DNA of 64,000 nucleotides from a candidate division WOR-3 bacterium (GTDB taxonomy: Bacteria > Hydrothermota > Tepidihabitantia > Tepidihabitantales > Tepidihabitantaceae): positions 64,001 through 128,000 of the forward strand of contig CBFGJX010000002.1 in assembly GCA_965649225.1 (NCBI GenBank), written 5' to 3'. This document shows positions 34,349 to 44,500 of this stretch, in pieces. Every line of letters begins with the position of its first letter. The stretch's first letter is position 1. The position numbers were made by a program, and so were the translations under genes. The notes below the pieces were generated by a model that searched no databases, was not told the DNA's origin, and worked only from the letters and a program-made list of their open reading frames with translations.

Positions 34349-35808
34349 TGGTCCTGCACTGCCAGACTGTCGTCACTGCCGATTCCCGTCCCGAACCGAT
34401 GCTCATAGAGATAGAGCGGGGGTTCATTGTTCGTCTAACAGCAACAGTCGCTCCCCACCATAACCTGATTGCCGTACCAGGTTTTATCGATTCGCACACC
34501 CACCCCCTGCAGGCAGGATTGATTCAGCTGGGCGTTGACCTGCGCAGTTGTACCGACATTGAGGATGTACGCGCGCGCCTCGCTGCCGCCGGACCGATGG
34601 AACCGGTGCTTGCCTTCAATTTTGAGCCCGAGCGACTGACCGAGCAGCGCTGGCCGTCAGTTGCGGAGCTGGACTCGGTAATTCCTGATCGGCCGTTGCT
34701 CGTTTACCGGGTCGACGGCCATTCAGCGCTGACCAATACCGTCGGGCGAAAATTGCTGGAACGTCACGTGGGAGGAGACGGCTTTGCCGGAGATCAGCCG
34801 CTGTGCGGCCAGTCGTACGAAACCGCCTCTTTTGTCTTCCGGCGTCTGCTTCTCCCCTCTGCTGCGGCTGAAGCACTCCAGCTCGCCGGCACCGCTGCAG
34901 CCGCCGCTGGCGTTACTACAATCGCGGCGATGATAGGCGATCCCGAACTCGACCTGTCCGAATGGCAGATTTTGATTGACAATTTGACACGCATGTCGGT
35001 CCGAGCCATACCCTACCTCCAAACCTGGGATACCGCCGTTGCCCTGAACTTCGGGCTGAAACAAATCGGCGGCTGCCTGCTCATCGATGGCTCGTTTGGT
35101 TCACATACTGCCTGGCTCTCGAGTCCCTATTCTGACCGACCAACCAAGTCCGGCACGGGTTATGTCAGTCCGCAGCTGCTGACGGAATTCATCCGCGCCG
35201 CCAAGGCCAAAGGTCTGCAGACCGCTTTTCATGCCATTGGTGACAGGGCAATCGAACAGGTAGTAATGACCCACGAGGAAACCGGCAACGCCCGGGGTCA
35301 TCGGATTGAACATGCCGAACTGCTTTCCGAAACCATGATTCGCCGTATCGCTGGACTTGGCATCCATCTGGCAGTTCAGCCGGCATTTGAGCTGGAGTGG
35401 GGCGGTCCCGACCGACTCTACGCCCGCCGTCTCGGCAGTCGCTGGCAGCAGACCAATCCCTTTCGCTGGCTGATTGATGCCGGGGTTACCCTCGCCGGCG
35501 GTTCCGACTGGCCGGTGACTCCGGTAAATCCGGTAACAGGAATCCATGCCGCAATCAACCATCCCAATTCCGTCCAGCGCATCAAACCGGCCGAAGCCAT
35601 GGCGATGTTCACGGTCAATGCCGCTCGCGCCATGGGAATCGAAGTTCAGGCTGGACGAATCGCTCCAGGCTATTCTGCTGACATTGTCCTGCTCGACCGT
35701 GACCCGCGAGACTCTGCTTCGGCCCGGGTAGTCGGCACCATCTGCCGCGGCTGCTGGATCTATCAAAGAACAACTGAAGCCATCAATCCGGTGCTTGTCC
35801 GTGACTGA
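34348..35808 (+). CDS. Amidohydrolase (YtcJ-like, Amidohydro_3)
   Basis: PGFIDSHTH, DGSFGSHTA, HAIGDRA, RIEHA and GSDWP. Confidence 0.88.
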   Translation: MVLHCQTVVTADSRPEPMLIEIERGFIVRLTATVAPHHNLIAVPGFIDSHTHPLQAGLIQLGVDLRSCTDIEDVRARLAAAGPMEPVLAFNFEPERLTEQRWPSVAELDSVIPDRPLLVYRVDGHSALTNTVGRKLLERHVGGDGFAGDQPLCGQSYETASFVFRRLLLPSAAAEALQLAGTAAAAAGVTTIAAMIGDPELDLSEWQILIDNLTRMSVRAIPYLQTWDTAVALNFGLKQIGGCLLIDGSFGSHTAWLSSPYSDRPTKSGTGYVSPQLLTEFIRAAKAKGLQTAFHAIGDRAIEQVVMTHEETGNARGHRIEHAELLSETMIRRIAGLGIHLAVQPAFELEWGGPDRLYARRLGSRWQQTNPFRWLIDAGVTLAGGSDWPVTPVNPVTGIHAAINHPNSVQRIKPAEAMAMFTVNAARAMGIEVQAGRIAPGYSADIVLLDRDPRDSASARVVGTICRGCWIYQRTTEAINPVLVRD

Positions 35809-37525
35809 CACCAACCGCGCAGTCGCCCGGATGTTTGCGCGAATCGCCGACGCCCTCGAGCTTCTGGGCGAAGACGGTTATCGGGCGCTGGCCTACCGTA
35901 AGGCGGCTCGCACCATTGAACAGTCAGCCGACGACCTGCGGCAACTTGAACGTGAAGGCCGTCTTGGTGACCTGCCGGGTATCGGCACCGCTCTGCGAAG
36001 CAAAATTGCCGAATACATCGCTACCGGGCGGATGGCAAAGCTGGATGAACTGACCGCCAGACTTCCTCAAGGACTCTTTGAACTCCTTCAGGTACCAGGT
36101 CTCGGGCCCAAGACCGTCCGGCTCATCTGGCAACAGCTCGGCATTACCGATCCGGAAGGTCTTCGCCGCGCAATCGAAGACGGCAGCTTCGCCCAACTCC
36201 CAGGAATGGGACAGAAAAAGGCAACCCGAATCCTCGCCAGTCTGCAGACGGAAACAACAACCGAGCGACGGATGTACCTGCCTGAGGCTTTTGAACTCGC
36301 CCGATCGGTTATCGACTGGATGAAGGAGCTGACCGGAACCGTCGAATTAGCGTTTGCCGGCTCGCTTCGCCGTGGCTGCGAGACCATCGGCGACATCGAC
36401 GTCCTCATCAGTGGCCCACCCGCGCAACGGGCGATAGATCATTTCTGCGCTCACCCGCGCGTCTCCCGGGTAATTGCGGCTGGCCGCACCAAAGCCTCGG
36501 TCCTCATTCAGGGGCAACACCTGCGGCAGGTCGACCTGCGGGTAGTTCAACCCGGCAGCTATGGCGCGGCACTTCAGTACTTCACCGGCTCCAAGGAGCA
36601 CAACGTCGCGCTCAGGGCACTTGCTCAACAACACGGCCTCAAGTTGTCGGAGTACGGGCTGTTCCAAGGACGACGTAAAGTTGCCGGCAGAACCGAATCC
36701 GACATCTACGAACGGCTCGGCCTGGCTTGGATAGACCCCGAACTGCGGGAAAACCGCGGAGAAATCGCTGCCGCTGCCGAACACCGACTGCCCCGACTCG
36801 TGCGCCGAACCGATATTCAGGGCGACCTGCACATCCACTCAAACCGTTCCGATGGCACTGCCGCGTTACCTGAGATCGCCGAGGCCGCCCGCCGGCTCGG
36901 CTACCGCTACCTCGCTATCGCCGACCACTCTCAGTCGGCACACTACGCCGGCGGACTCTCAACTGACGGCCTGCTTCGTCACTGCGATGAAGTTGACCGA
37001 TACAACGCCGGCTCACGAGCCTTGACCATCCTGAAATCCTGCGAGGTCGACATCAGACCGGATGGAACTCTCGATTACCCCGACGCCGTCCTGGCCCGGC
37101 TGGACTTTGTCATCGCCTCAATCCATCAGGGGTTCCGCAAGGATGTAACACAACGGATTCGTGCCGCCCTCGCACACCCGCTGGTCGACATCATCGCTCA
37201 CCCGACCGGACGGCTAATCGACCAACGTGAGGGCTACGACGTCGATGTCGAGAGGGTGATCGAAACTGCCGCTTCCTTTAGTAAAGCGCTGGAAATCAAT
37301 GCGTTCTACGCCCGTCTTGACTTGTCAGATATCTGGGCCCGTCGCGCCGCCGAATCCGGAGTCCTGATCTGCATCAACACCGATGCCCACACCACCGATG
37401 AAATGAACTGGATGGACTACGGCGTCCTGGTGGCGCGCCGGGCATGGCTCGAGAAGAAAAATGTTCTCAATTGCCTTTCTTTGAACCAGCTGCTTCAGTG
37501 GCGGCGGTCGCGTATCTCGCGTTGA
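35801..37525 (+). CDS. polX: DNA polymerase X / PHP 3'-5' exonuclease
   Basis: HhH motifs; GSLRRG.ETIGDID, VDLR and YFTGSKEHN; PHP motifs DLHIHS..SDG, DHS, HPTGR and TDAH. Confidence 0.95.
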   Translation: MTDTNRAVARMFARIADALELLGEDGYRALAYRKAARTIEQSADDLRQLEREGRLGDLPGIGTALRSKIAEYIATGRMAKLDELTARLPQGLFELLQVPGLGPKTVRLIWQQLGITDPEGLRRAIEDGSFAQLPGMGQKKATRILASLQTETTTERRMYLPEAFELARSVIDWMKELTGTVELAFAGSLRRGCETIGDIDVLISGPPAQRAIDHFCAHPRVSRVIAAGRTKASVLIQGQHLRQVDLRVVQPGSYGAALQYFTGSKEHNVALRALAQQHGLKLSEYGLFQGRRKVAGRTESDIYERLGLAWIDPELRENRGEIAAAAEHRLPRLVRRTDIQGDLHIHSNRSDGTAALPEIAEAARRLGYRYLAIADHSQSAHYAGGLSTDGLLRHCDEVDRYNAGSRALTILKSCEVDIRPDGTLDYPDAVLARLDFVIASIHQGFRKDVTQRIRAALAHPLVDIIAHPTGRLIDQREGYDVDVERVIETAASFSKALEINAFYARLDLSDIWARRAAESGVLICINTDAHTTDEMNWMDYGVLVARRAWLEKKNVLNCLSLNQLLQWRRSRISR

Positions 37526-38154
37526 CGACTGGTGACCATGTCCAGCCAACGGCAGGCTTGCAGTATTTCAGCGGCTGGTCCAGGGGCGTGGCCACCTGAG
37601 TCAACTACGAGTCTTGTCTCGATTCCCGCCGCGTTCAGTTCATAATACAGGCGCAGGTTGTCCTGTCGGTTCCAGTCTGTCTGGCGGGTGCGCAGAAACA
37701 CCTTGTTCGCAGAACAGCCCCCCAGATCAGCACCGGCGATTGCGCCTCGATGAGCGCAGGTCGCCGCGACACCACGGAAGATAGCCGGATGCAGGCACAT
37801 CGATGCCAGCGCCTGCACCCCCATGCCGGAGAAGCCAAAGACAAACACTCGCTCAGAGTCCACCAGCGACAAGCGGCGCAAAGCCGAAGCGGCCTGAAGA
37901 AGGTCGGCGTCGTTCAGCCGGAACTCGCGGCGGTTACGCGGACCGCGGCAGACGGCGAAGACCCAGCCCAGTGAATCAGCCACCCAGCAGATGGAATCAA
38001 GGTCGGCCCGCCCCCCGCCAACACAGCTCAAAACCACCAGCGCCGGCGCCGGCCGGCCGGGATGTGTCGCCGGCAGGTAGTACCACCCGCCGTCCAAGGC
38101 CTGCAACGGTCGGGCCGAAGAAACCAGCAGCAGCAACATTACGGCAGAAGTCAC
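37495..38154 (-). CDS. Exported alpha/beta hydrolase (esterase-like)
   Basis: Signal peptide; VDSERVFVFGFSGMG nucleophile elbow; GGH. Confidence 0.7.
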   Translation of the reverse strand: MTSAVMLLLLVSSARPLQALDGGWYYLPATHPGRPAPALVVLSCVGGGRADLDSICWVADSLGWVFAVCRGPRNRREFRLNDADLLQAASALRRLSLVDSERVFVFGFSGMGVQALASMCLHPAIFRGVAATCAHRGAIAGADLGGCSANKVFLRTRQTDWNRQDNLRLYYELNAAGIETRLVVDSGGHAPGPAAEILQACRWLDMVTSRQREIRDRRH

Positions 38155-38158
38155 GGAC

Positions 38159-39244
38159 TCAGCTCCTTTGTTCCACCGTCAGCAGCATCGTCACGGCGAC
38201 GCCGGCAAAAATGATGTTGGGCAACCACGCGGCCATTGCCGGGCTGACAATCTGGGAAGTGCCAAAGGCACGGGAAATCTGAATGGCACCCCAGTAAAGA
38301 AAGGACACCAGCAGGCCGAGCCCGAGGCCAAACATGACTCCTCCCTGACGCATACGGACAGCCAGCGGCAGACCGAGCAGAACCACCACCAAGCCTATCA
38401 ATGAATATGACAAGCGGTAGTGATACTCCACCTCTTCCTTTGCCACGTTCTCGCCAGCGCGGCGGAGCCGACGAATGTAGCGGGCCAGCTCACGGGTGGA
38501 CGTTTCATCGACCGGTCGTTGCGGTGCGGCGAAATCAGCCGGAGTTTCGCGCAGGGCAACCAGCACAACCGAATCATGCCAGACCATACGCTCGTTACCG
38601 GCAGGATCGAATTCGCGTTCTGCAACCGAGTGACCAATCCAGCGTCCGTCCACATACTCGGCCTCGCGACCGTCAAAGCGCTGCACCACCCGCCGGGCAG
38701 TATCGAGCTGGCACAAAGAGAAATCGTGCATCAAACGGTTGTCCTCAAGCTCGCGGATGAAATACACCCGCCCATCCTCGCCAACGAAGTAAACGTTGCG
38801 CCGACGTCCAACATCGGTCCGTGGCCGCCGCTCGATCGCGTGACGACGCAGCTGACTCAGCATGCGGTTGGCTGGGATCGTGATGAACTCGTTTGCCAGC
38901 AAATAGCCAGGCACCGAAGCAAGTCCCACGCAGAACCCCGGCACAAACAATCTCAACATTGCCACACCGGCAGCTGCCAGTGCGTGCAGTTCCCGGTTAC
39001 GTGTCATCTGGCCATACACGAGAAAAACACCCAGCACCAGACTCACCGGGTAGAGCAGGCTAACTGCCGACGGCGTGCTGTACAAATAGTAAAGCAGGAC
39101 GTTGCCGAGGGCTACCTTCCGGGCGGTAAAGTAGTTAAGTTCCTCAAAGAGATCAATCAACAGGTAAATCGTTACAACGCAACAAAGAGCAATCAGCGCA
39201 AACTTCAGCACTTCGCGGACAAGATGCCGGTCAATAATCGTCAC
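38159..39244 (-). CDS. lptG: LPS export ABC permease LptG
   Basis: IIDRHL, RNREL.AL.AAG and AAWLPNI; GTGA overlap with lptF. Confidence 0.88.
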   Translation of the reverse strand: MTIIDRHLVREVLKFALIALCCVVTIYLLIDLFEELNYFTARKVALGNVLLYYLYSTPSAVSLLYPVSLVLGVFLVYGQMTRNRELHALAAAGVAMLRLFVPGFCVGLASVPGYLLANEFITIPANRMLSQLRRHAIERRPRTDVGRRRNVYFVGEDGRVYFIRELEDNRLMHDFSLCQLDTARRVVQRFDGREAEYVDGRWIGHSVAEREFDPAGNERMVWHDSVVLVALRETPADFAAPQRPVDETSTRELARYIRRLRRAGENVAKEEVEYHYRLSYSLIGLVVVLLGLPLAVRMRQGGVMFGLGLGLLVSFLYWGAIQISRAFGTSQIVSPAMAAWLPNIIFAGVAVTMLLTVEQRS

Positions 39245-40476
39245 TTCCAAGCCCGCCGACCAATCATTGGTCGCTCCAGCAACGCTCGACTGGCAAGCTC
39301 GACTGTCGGTATTGCCAGCACGATATTTGGCAGCCACATCCCCAGCCAGGGCCAGACCCGGCCGCTTTCGGCAAGATTCTGGCCAGCAAGGAGCAGTAGA
39401 TAGTACACGGCGAAAAACACCAGCCCAACCATGAAGCCGGTGCCGATTCCGCCTCGACGCAGCAACAGGCCAAGCGGAGCGCCAAACAGCAGAAAGAAAA
39501 AGGTCGAAAATGCAACAGAGACACGTTTGTGAAACTCGACGGCAAAACGCGACAGCTCCATCCTTCGGTAGCGGAGCCTCGCGGTCTCCTCCTCAACCCG
39601 CAGACTTTCAGCTTCGTTGCCGGCAACCGCTGCCCGTGCCGCACGAACCCGCGCTGACTGCAGTGCAACCTCATGACGCAGCTGATTCAAACTGGCGAGG
39701 AGTTGCGGCAACGGCATCTCTTCATCGCCCCGGTACTCCCGTTCCCGACGCACGAGCTCTTCGTCCATCCTGACGTTGATGGTGTGTCGGCTGAACCGCA
39801 GACGACGATAGGAGCTGTCCGGTGCGGTCTCGTGCATTTCCCCGTCAAGCAGCGTCAGAATCATGTAACGGTCATCCGGCGTATAGGTCAACTCGCCCCG
39901 TGGTGCAGTCAAAAAACCTGGTCGGCTGGCATCCCGGCTGGCGGAGAATATCGCCACATCGGCAACGCGCGAGCGCCGTTCATCAATCGTGCCAATATAA
40001 ATCATGTAGCCGGAGAAGTCGTCCATGAAGACCCCTTCCCGGACACGCAGAGCCGGACGTTTTCGGGCAACGTCAGTCAGAAGATTACGCACGCGATGCT
40101 GTGCCTCAGGAACCACGAACGAATTGAACAGGAACATCAGCCCAAAAAGGAAGAGGCACAACACGGCTACCGGCAGCACCAGTCGAACCGGGCAGATTCC
40201 CGCAGCGCTGACTACTCGGGACTCATTATCCTGTGCCAGACGGCCGAAAGACGTCACGCCCCCGATAAGACTGCCCAGCGGCGTGCAAATCATGGCGACA
40301 AACGGTAGCGACAACGCCGCTATCTCACCAACAATGACAATTGGCACGCCCTTACGCACCAGCAGGTCAGCCAGTAGAAACAGCCGGTCCATCAGCAGCA
40401 CGAATGTAAGAACAAAAATGGCAAGGAAAAACGGTGGCAGGAACTGCCGCAGGACATAGCGTTCCAGGATCTTCAA
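39241..40476 (-). CDS. lptF: LPS export ABC permease LptF
   Basis: ILERYVL, FGRLAQDNE, EFHKR, GAPLG and MWLPNI. Confidence 0.88.
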   Translation of the reverse strand: MKILERYVLRQFLPPFFLAIFVLTFVLLMDRLFLLADLLVRKGVPIVIVGEIAALSLPFVAMICTPLGSLIGGVTSFGRLAQDNESRVVSAAGICPVRLVLPVAVLCLFLFGLMFLFNSFVVPEAQHRVRNLLTDVARKRPALRVREGVFMDDFSGYMIYIGTIDERRSRVADVAIFSASRDASRPGFLTAPRGELTYTPDDRYMILTLLDGEMHETAPDSSYRRLRFSRHTINVRMDEELVRREREYRGDEEMPLPQLLASLNQLRHEVALQSARVRAARAAVAGNEAESLRVEEETARLRYRRMELSRFAVEFHKRVSVAFSTFFFLLFGAPLGLLLRRGGIGTGFMVGLVFFAVYYLLLLAGQNLAESGRVWPWLGMWLPNIVLAIPTVELASRALLERPMIGRRAWK

Positions 40477-40482
40477 TGGCCA

Positions 40483-40511
40483 ATCATATTCCCCCCGACT
40501 ACGGCAGTCAA
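40483..40511 (-). promoter_or_regulatory. Leaderless-type promoter of lptFG
   Basis: TTGACT-17-TATGAT, then 6 nt to TTG. Confidence 0.65.
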
Positions 40512-41001
40512 CGCACGGCGCGACACGGTTCAGGCAACAAGTTTGGGCATAACATTGCCGCCATCACCGACCGAAATCCGCTGAGCCGGAACCAGCATCC
40601 TACAGTGTTCCTTCGGCGACAGGAGTTTTCACCCCGCGCGGTGAACCGGCAACCCAAGCGCCGATTTGTCAGGCAATTATCTCGGCGGCAATATCTGCAA
40701 TCTTGCACGCACACACCTCCGCCCCCCAGTCAGCATCAGTAGCGGCCGAAGGGAATTCGTACACTAGCCTCATCAACGGGAATGCTTTGGGTCACTTCCG
40801 AATTACTGACAGCCTCCGGCACCGCTGAGAAACTCCAACCAGCCGCCGTATCAACACTACACACCCTGCTGCTGAACTGTGGATTTCATCGCTTCGTCCA
40901 GCAAGCAACTAAACCAAGCACTCGCCCGCAATCACGTGCCGGCAGCCAATCAAACACCTGCTTCAGCAGGAGCACAAACTACGGCCACGGCAGCTCTTGA
41001 T

Positions 41002-41030
41002 TTGACAACTGGATCGAAAACCGATAGGCT
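41002..41030 (+). promoter_or_regulatory. Promoter of the Cys-rich orphan gene
   Basis: TTGACA-17-TAGGCT. Confidence 0.6.
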
Positions 41031-41108
41031 GGGTCAACAAATAGTCGCTGGGAGTTCCTAACCGCCCCGGCCGGACCAAACCAAACCCGAATATACGGAG
41101 GAGGAGCA

Positions 41109-41453
41109 ATGCCCAAGCTCATCAGATGCGAAGCAATCAACGAGGACGGACTTCCCTGCGGAAGTCTCTACTTCTACGGCCTTTACACCTGTGAAGGCAA
41201 GAACTGCACGGTTCGGGAGTTCGAGGACCAGGAGCCACGCAACATCAATCCGGAACCGGGTACGCCGGATTCGCTGCCCGGCTGCAAACCCTGTCCCGGG
41301 TGCACGATTGATGTCCAGACCTGGCGCTTCCGTTGTGCCCAGTGCGATACGGTCCACGACTTCAGCACCCTCAACAACAAAGTGACCAACACCCCACTCA
41401 ATGGCATCAGCATCGTCTCGGCACCGGACAGCGAAACGACTGCTGCCGACTGA
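41109..41453 (+). CDS. Small Cys-rich putative metal-binding protein (114 aa)
   Basis: GGAGGAGGAG SD; own promoter and downstream hairpin; 9 Cys including CxxCxxC and CxxC. Confidence 0.8.
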   Translation: MPKLIRCEAINEDGLPCGSLYFYGLYTCEGKNCTVREFEDQEPRNINPEPGTPDSLPGCKPCPGCTIDVQTWRFRCAQCDTVHDFSTLNNKVTNTPLNGISIVSAPDSETTAAD

Positions 41454-41469
41454 CCGTTGCCCGAAGCGA

Positions 41470-41497
41470 CAGGGGCGGGCCGACTGGCCCGCCCCTG
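41470..41497. terminator. GC-rich hairpin between convergent genes (probable terminator)
   Basis: CAGGGGCGGGCC-GACT-GGCCCGCCCCTG, perfect 12-bp stem; U-tract weak. Confidence 0.65.
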
Positions 41498-41516
41498 GAC
41501 TTATTGTCGAATCGGA

Positions 41517-44500
41517 TCAGCGAACCAACGTCAGCCGCCGGGCAACTTCTCCAGAGCCGGTGTTCAGTACTAGCAGATACACTCCAGCAGGAAGCTGGAC
41601 CAGCGGCACCTCAATCCTGCCGCCGGACTGTACTGCTGCGCGCTGAAAGAGTACGGTCCTCCCGTCGGCAGCGCAGAGTCGAACACCGATATCGCCACTT
41701 CGGGATGGCGAACACCGGAGTACAATCGTATTCCCGCGGACGACCGCCGGCACAACAAGACCGATGGAGGACGTCCGACCGGCATTGGCAACACCATCAC
41801 GAGCCCCCCCAACGGGAAGATTCGCGACAGACACCACTGCCGGGTTAAACGTCCAGAGCTCGTTAGACTTGTTTCCTTTGAGCGCGTAAATCAGGCCGTT
41901 CCAGGGCAAGAGGTCGCACCCGGCCTTCACCCGTTTCTTGCGATTGCTCGGGCCAACCGCCGGTATCGTGTCCAGTTCGGTCCAGGAATCGCCGGCGATG
42001 TCGTAGCGCCAGAATTCCTGCGTATTGGCGGCCTTGAACGCGTAGATGAAGCCATCAAAGTATGTTGCACAGCCTTCCTTCGTCTTGCGCATCCTGGTTG
42101 TGAGGCGACTTGCCAGCGGCATCGGCTTGAGAACCGAGTCCCACACCCCGGTCAACAAATCGAATCGGTAGAACTCGTGGTTCTTGGCCTTGTGTGCGTA
42201 CAGCTTGTAGCGGTCGTGGCCCGGGTTGCGTTCCAGTACCAGCCAGGAGCCGCGGTCCCATTTGGGCTTGATGCCGGCCGGTGCACTCGGCAGCGATTCC
42301 CATGTCCCGCTCTGGATACTGAATCGGTAGAATTCAGTCTTGTCGCCCTTCAGCAGGTAGAGCCAGCTCGAATCCGGTCGTCCCTGCGGCCGATAGAAGA
42401 CGATGTCGGTACCGCCCTTCACACGTTTGTTTGAACTGCCAAGTGGTACGTCCGCCAGCTGGGTCCACTGATCGCTTGCCGGATCGTAGCTGTAGAAGGA
42501 ACTCGTATTGTTACCCTTGATTGCGTAGATCAGCCCATTGTCACCGGCTACGGCGCAGGCGCCCTTGCTCGGGGGTTTGTTTTCAGCACCACGGGGCATG
42601 CCGGTGATGGTGTACCACGAATCGACCGCCGGATTGTAACGGTAGAAGTCCTCGGTCTTGCCGCCCTTGGAGACGTAAAACTGACCGTCAACCTCAACCA
42701 TCCAGGCGCCGTCCTTGCTCTGTCTGCCTGACGGAGTTGTCGGCATCAGGCCAACCGGCGTCCACGCCGCCACCGGCCCAGACTGAACTTCGACTACCGA
42801 GTAGGCGGTATCGTTTGTCGGCACCGGGTCACCAGCGAGCACAGTCCACGACCTCACCTCGTGAGTGCCCAGCTCGACTGGAGTCCAGCTTGAAGCAAAG
42901 TCATGATACTCGGCGGTGTTTCCCGGCAGGGTAATACCGGTTTCGGCGGTATCGAACACGACTGTCCCGCTGCGTTCAATCACCAGTCGGACATCAAACG
43001 TTGCCGCCGAATTGCCAAAACTGCGCAGCCGGACACGGGGGGTTAGCGGAACTCCGGTCTGGACCAGCGGTCCGGGCCTCGTTATTGCCGTCACTCCGAC
43101 ATCTCGAACCAGCACTACCAGAGTCCGCCGCAGTGTATCATTCGCCGGATTGGGATCACCAGCAAGCTCGCTGAACACCTCAACGCCAAAGGTACCGCCA
43201 GCTGCAGTCCAGTCGGGAAACACCAGGGTATCCGATGCACCTGGGGCAAGGTCCGAAACAGTACGCTGGTTACTGTAGCTGCTGCCGATGCGGAACGTCA
43301 CTGGTACTGTCGCGGCGGTGTTCAATGTGCTGACATTGGTAATCACAGCCCGCGGCGTGATCGTTTCACCATTTGTGACCGTGTCAGCAGGCAGTAGAAC
43401 GGCGGTTACGGCTACGTCCGGCGTCAGGAAGATGAAGTCGGCCGGGTAGCGCGGACAGACCTGGCGCCCGTTGTAGTCGCTGATGTTGGCGACGAGCGAA
43501 TGGTAGCCGGCCGGAATCGCCATCCCAACGACCTGCGACTGATTATATACGTAGAGCCGTACCGTATCGGAGCCATCCCGATTGGTCAACCGATAGTTGG
43601 TATTGCCGGTGAAGTTACCGCCCTGCTCGACCATCCGGACCGTATCCAGCCTGACCAGCACGCCTTCAAACGCCTCCTGCTTTGACTGGGCAAACGCGAT
43701 GCGTGTGGTATCGAACTGCCGGTCGTTGCCGCGCCGGACGAACCGAACCAGGTCATTGAACTGGCTCAGCCGATTGAACTCGGTAATGTAACCGGCCAGC
43801 TCGAGACTTTCCCCGAGAGCAAACGGCTCAGGGGTCCCGGCCCGATAGACAAACATGCCGTTCCACGCCCCCCCGGTTCGGGTCCCGATGAATACCCGCC
43901 CCTGGTTCATGATTCCAGTGACAATCGCATTAACACGCACGTAACGGCCGGAGTCAGGCGAGGTCTGGCCAACGAGCGTATCAACAAACTGCACCTGCTC
44001 GATGGTGCGGTCCAGTGGCAGAACATAGCTTTGCACCGCTGAGTTAGTCGGCACTCCTCCGGCAAAACCCTGAATCTGCCAGTAAACAGTATCGCCTCCG
44101 GTCATCGGCGGGATGTGGAAATAGTAAGTCGAATCCGAACTGCGGCTGCTGTCGGCGGGAAGATAAACAAAACTGCCCGACTGATTGCGGTATCCGATCC
44201 GGGCCGAATCAACCGGGGTGGATGTGCCGTACAGTTTGGCCGTCACAACCACATTCTCGTAGGAAAAAGGATATTGGGGTGTCCGACCCAGGACGGTGAT
44301 GTTCACTCCCCCGCTGACAGTGTAGTTGACGATTAGCACTGGTTTCAACGAGTCAACCGTGTGTTCGCGGGCATACCAGTAGTGCCTGATGTCATATGCG
44401 GTTGAGGGCTTGTGTACCCGTAACCCGTAGTTCGGCGTGCCGGTGAGCCAGGCCTGCACGATCGGAGTGACATTCCAGTAGTACCAGGTGGTTGTCGTGA

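Noticed and set aside
35801..37525. PolX as an inactive variant or part of an NHEJ/defence system
   Set aside because: Catalytic DID and VDLR aspartates and PHP histidines are intact; no Ku or LigD nearby; ordinary bacterial PolX-PHP
41451..41497. Selenocysteine read-through of the Cys-rich gene's TGA, with the hairpin as SECIS
   Set aside because: The hairpin is a perfect GC stem between convergent genes, and the TGA follows a low-complexity tail with no redox motif; a terminator is the simpler reading
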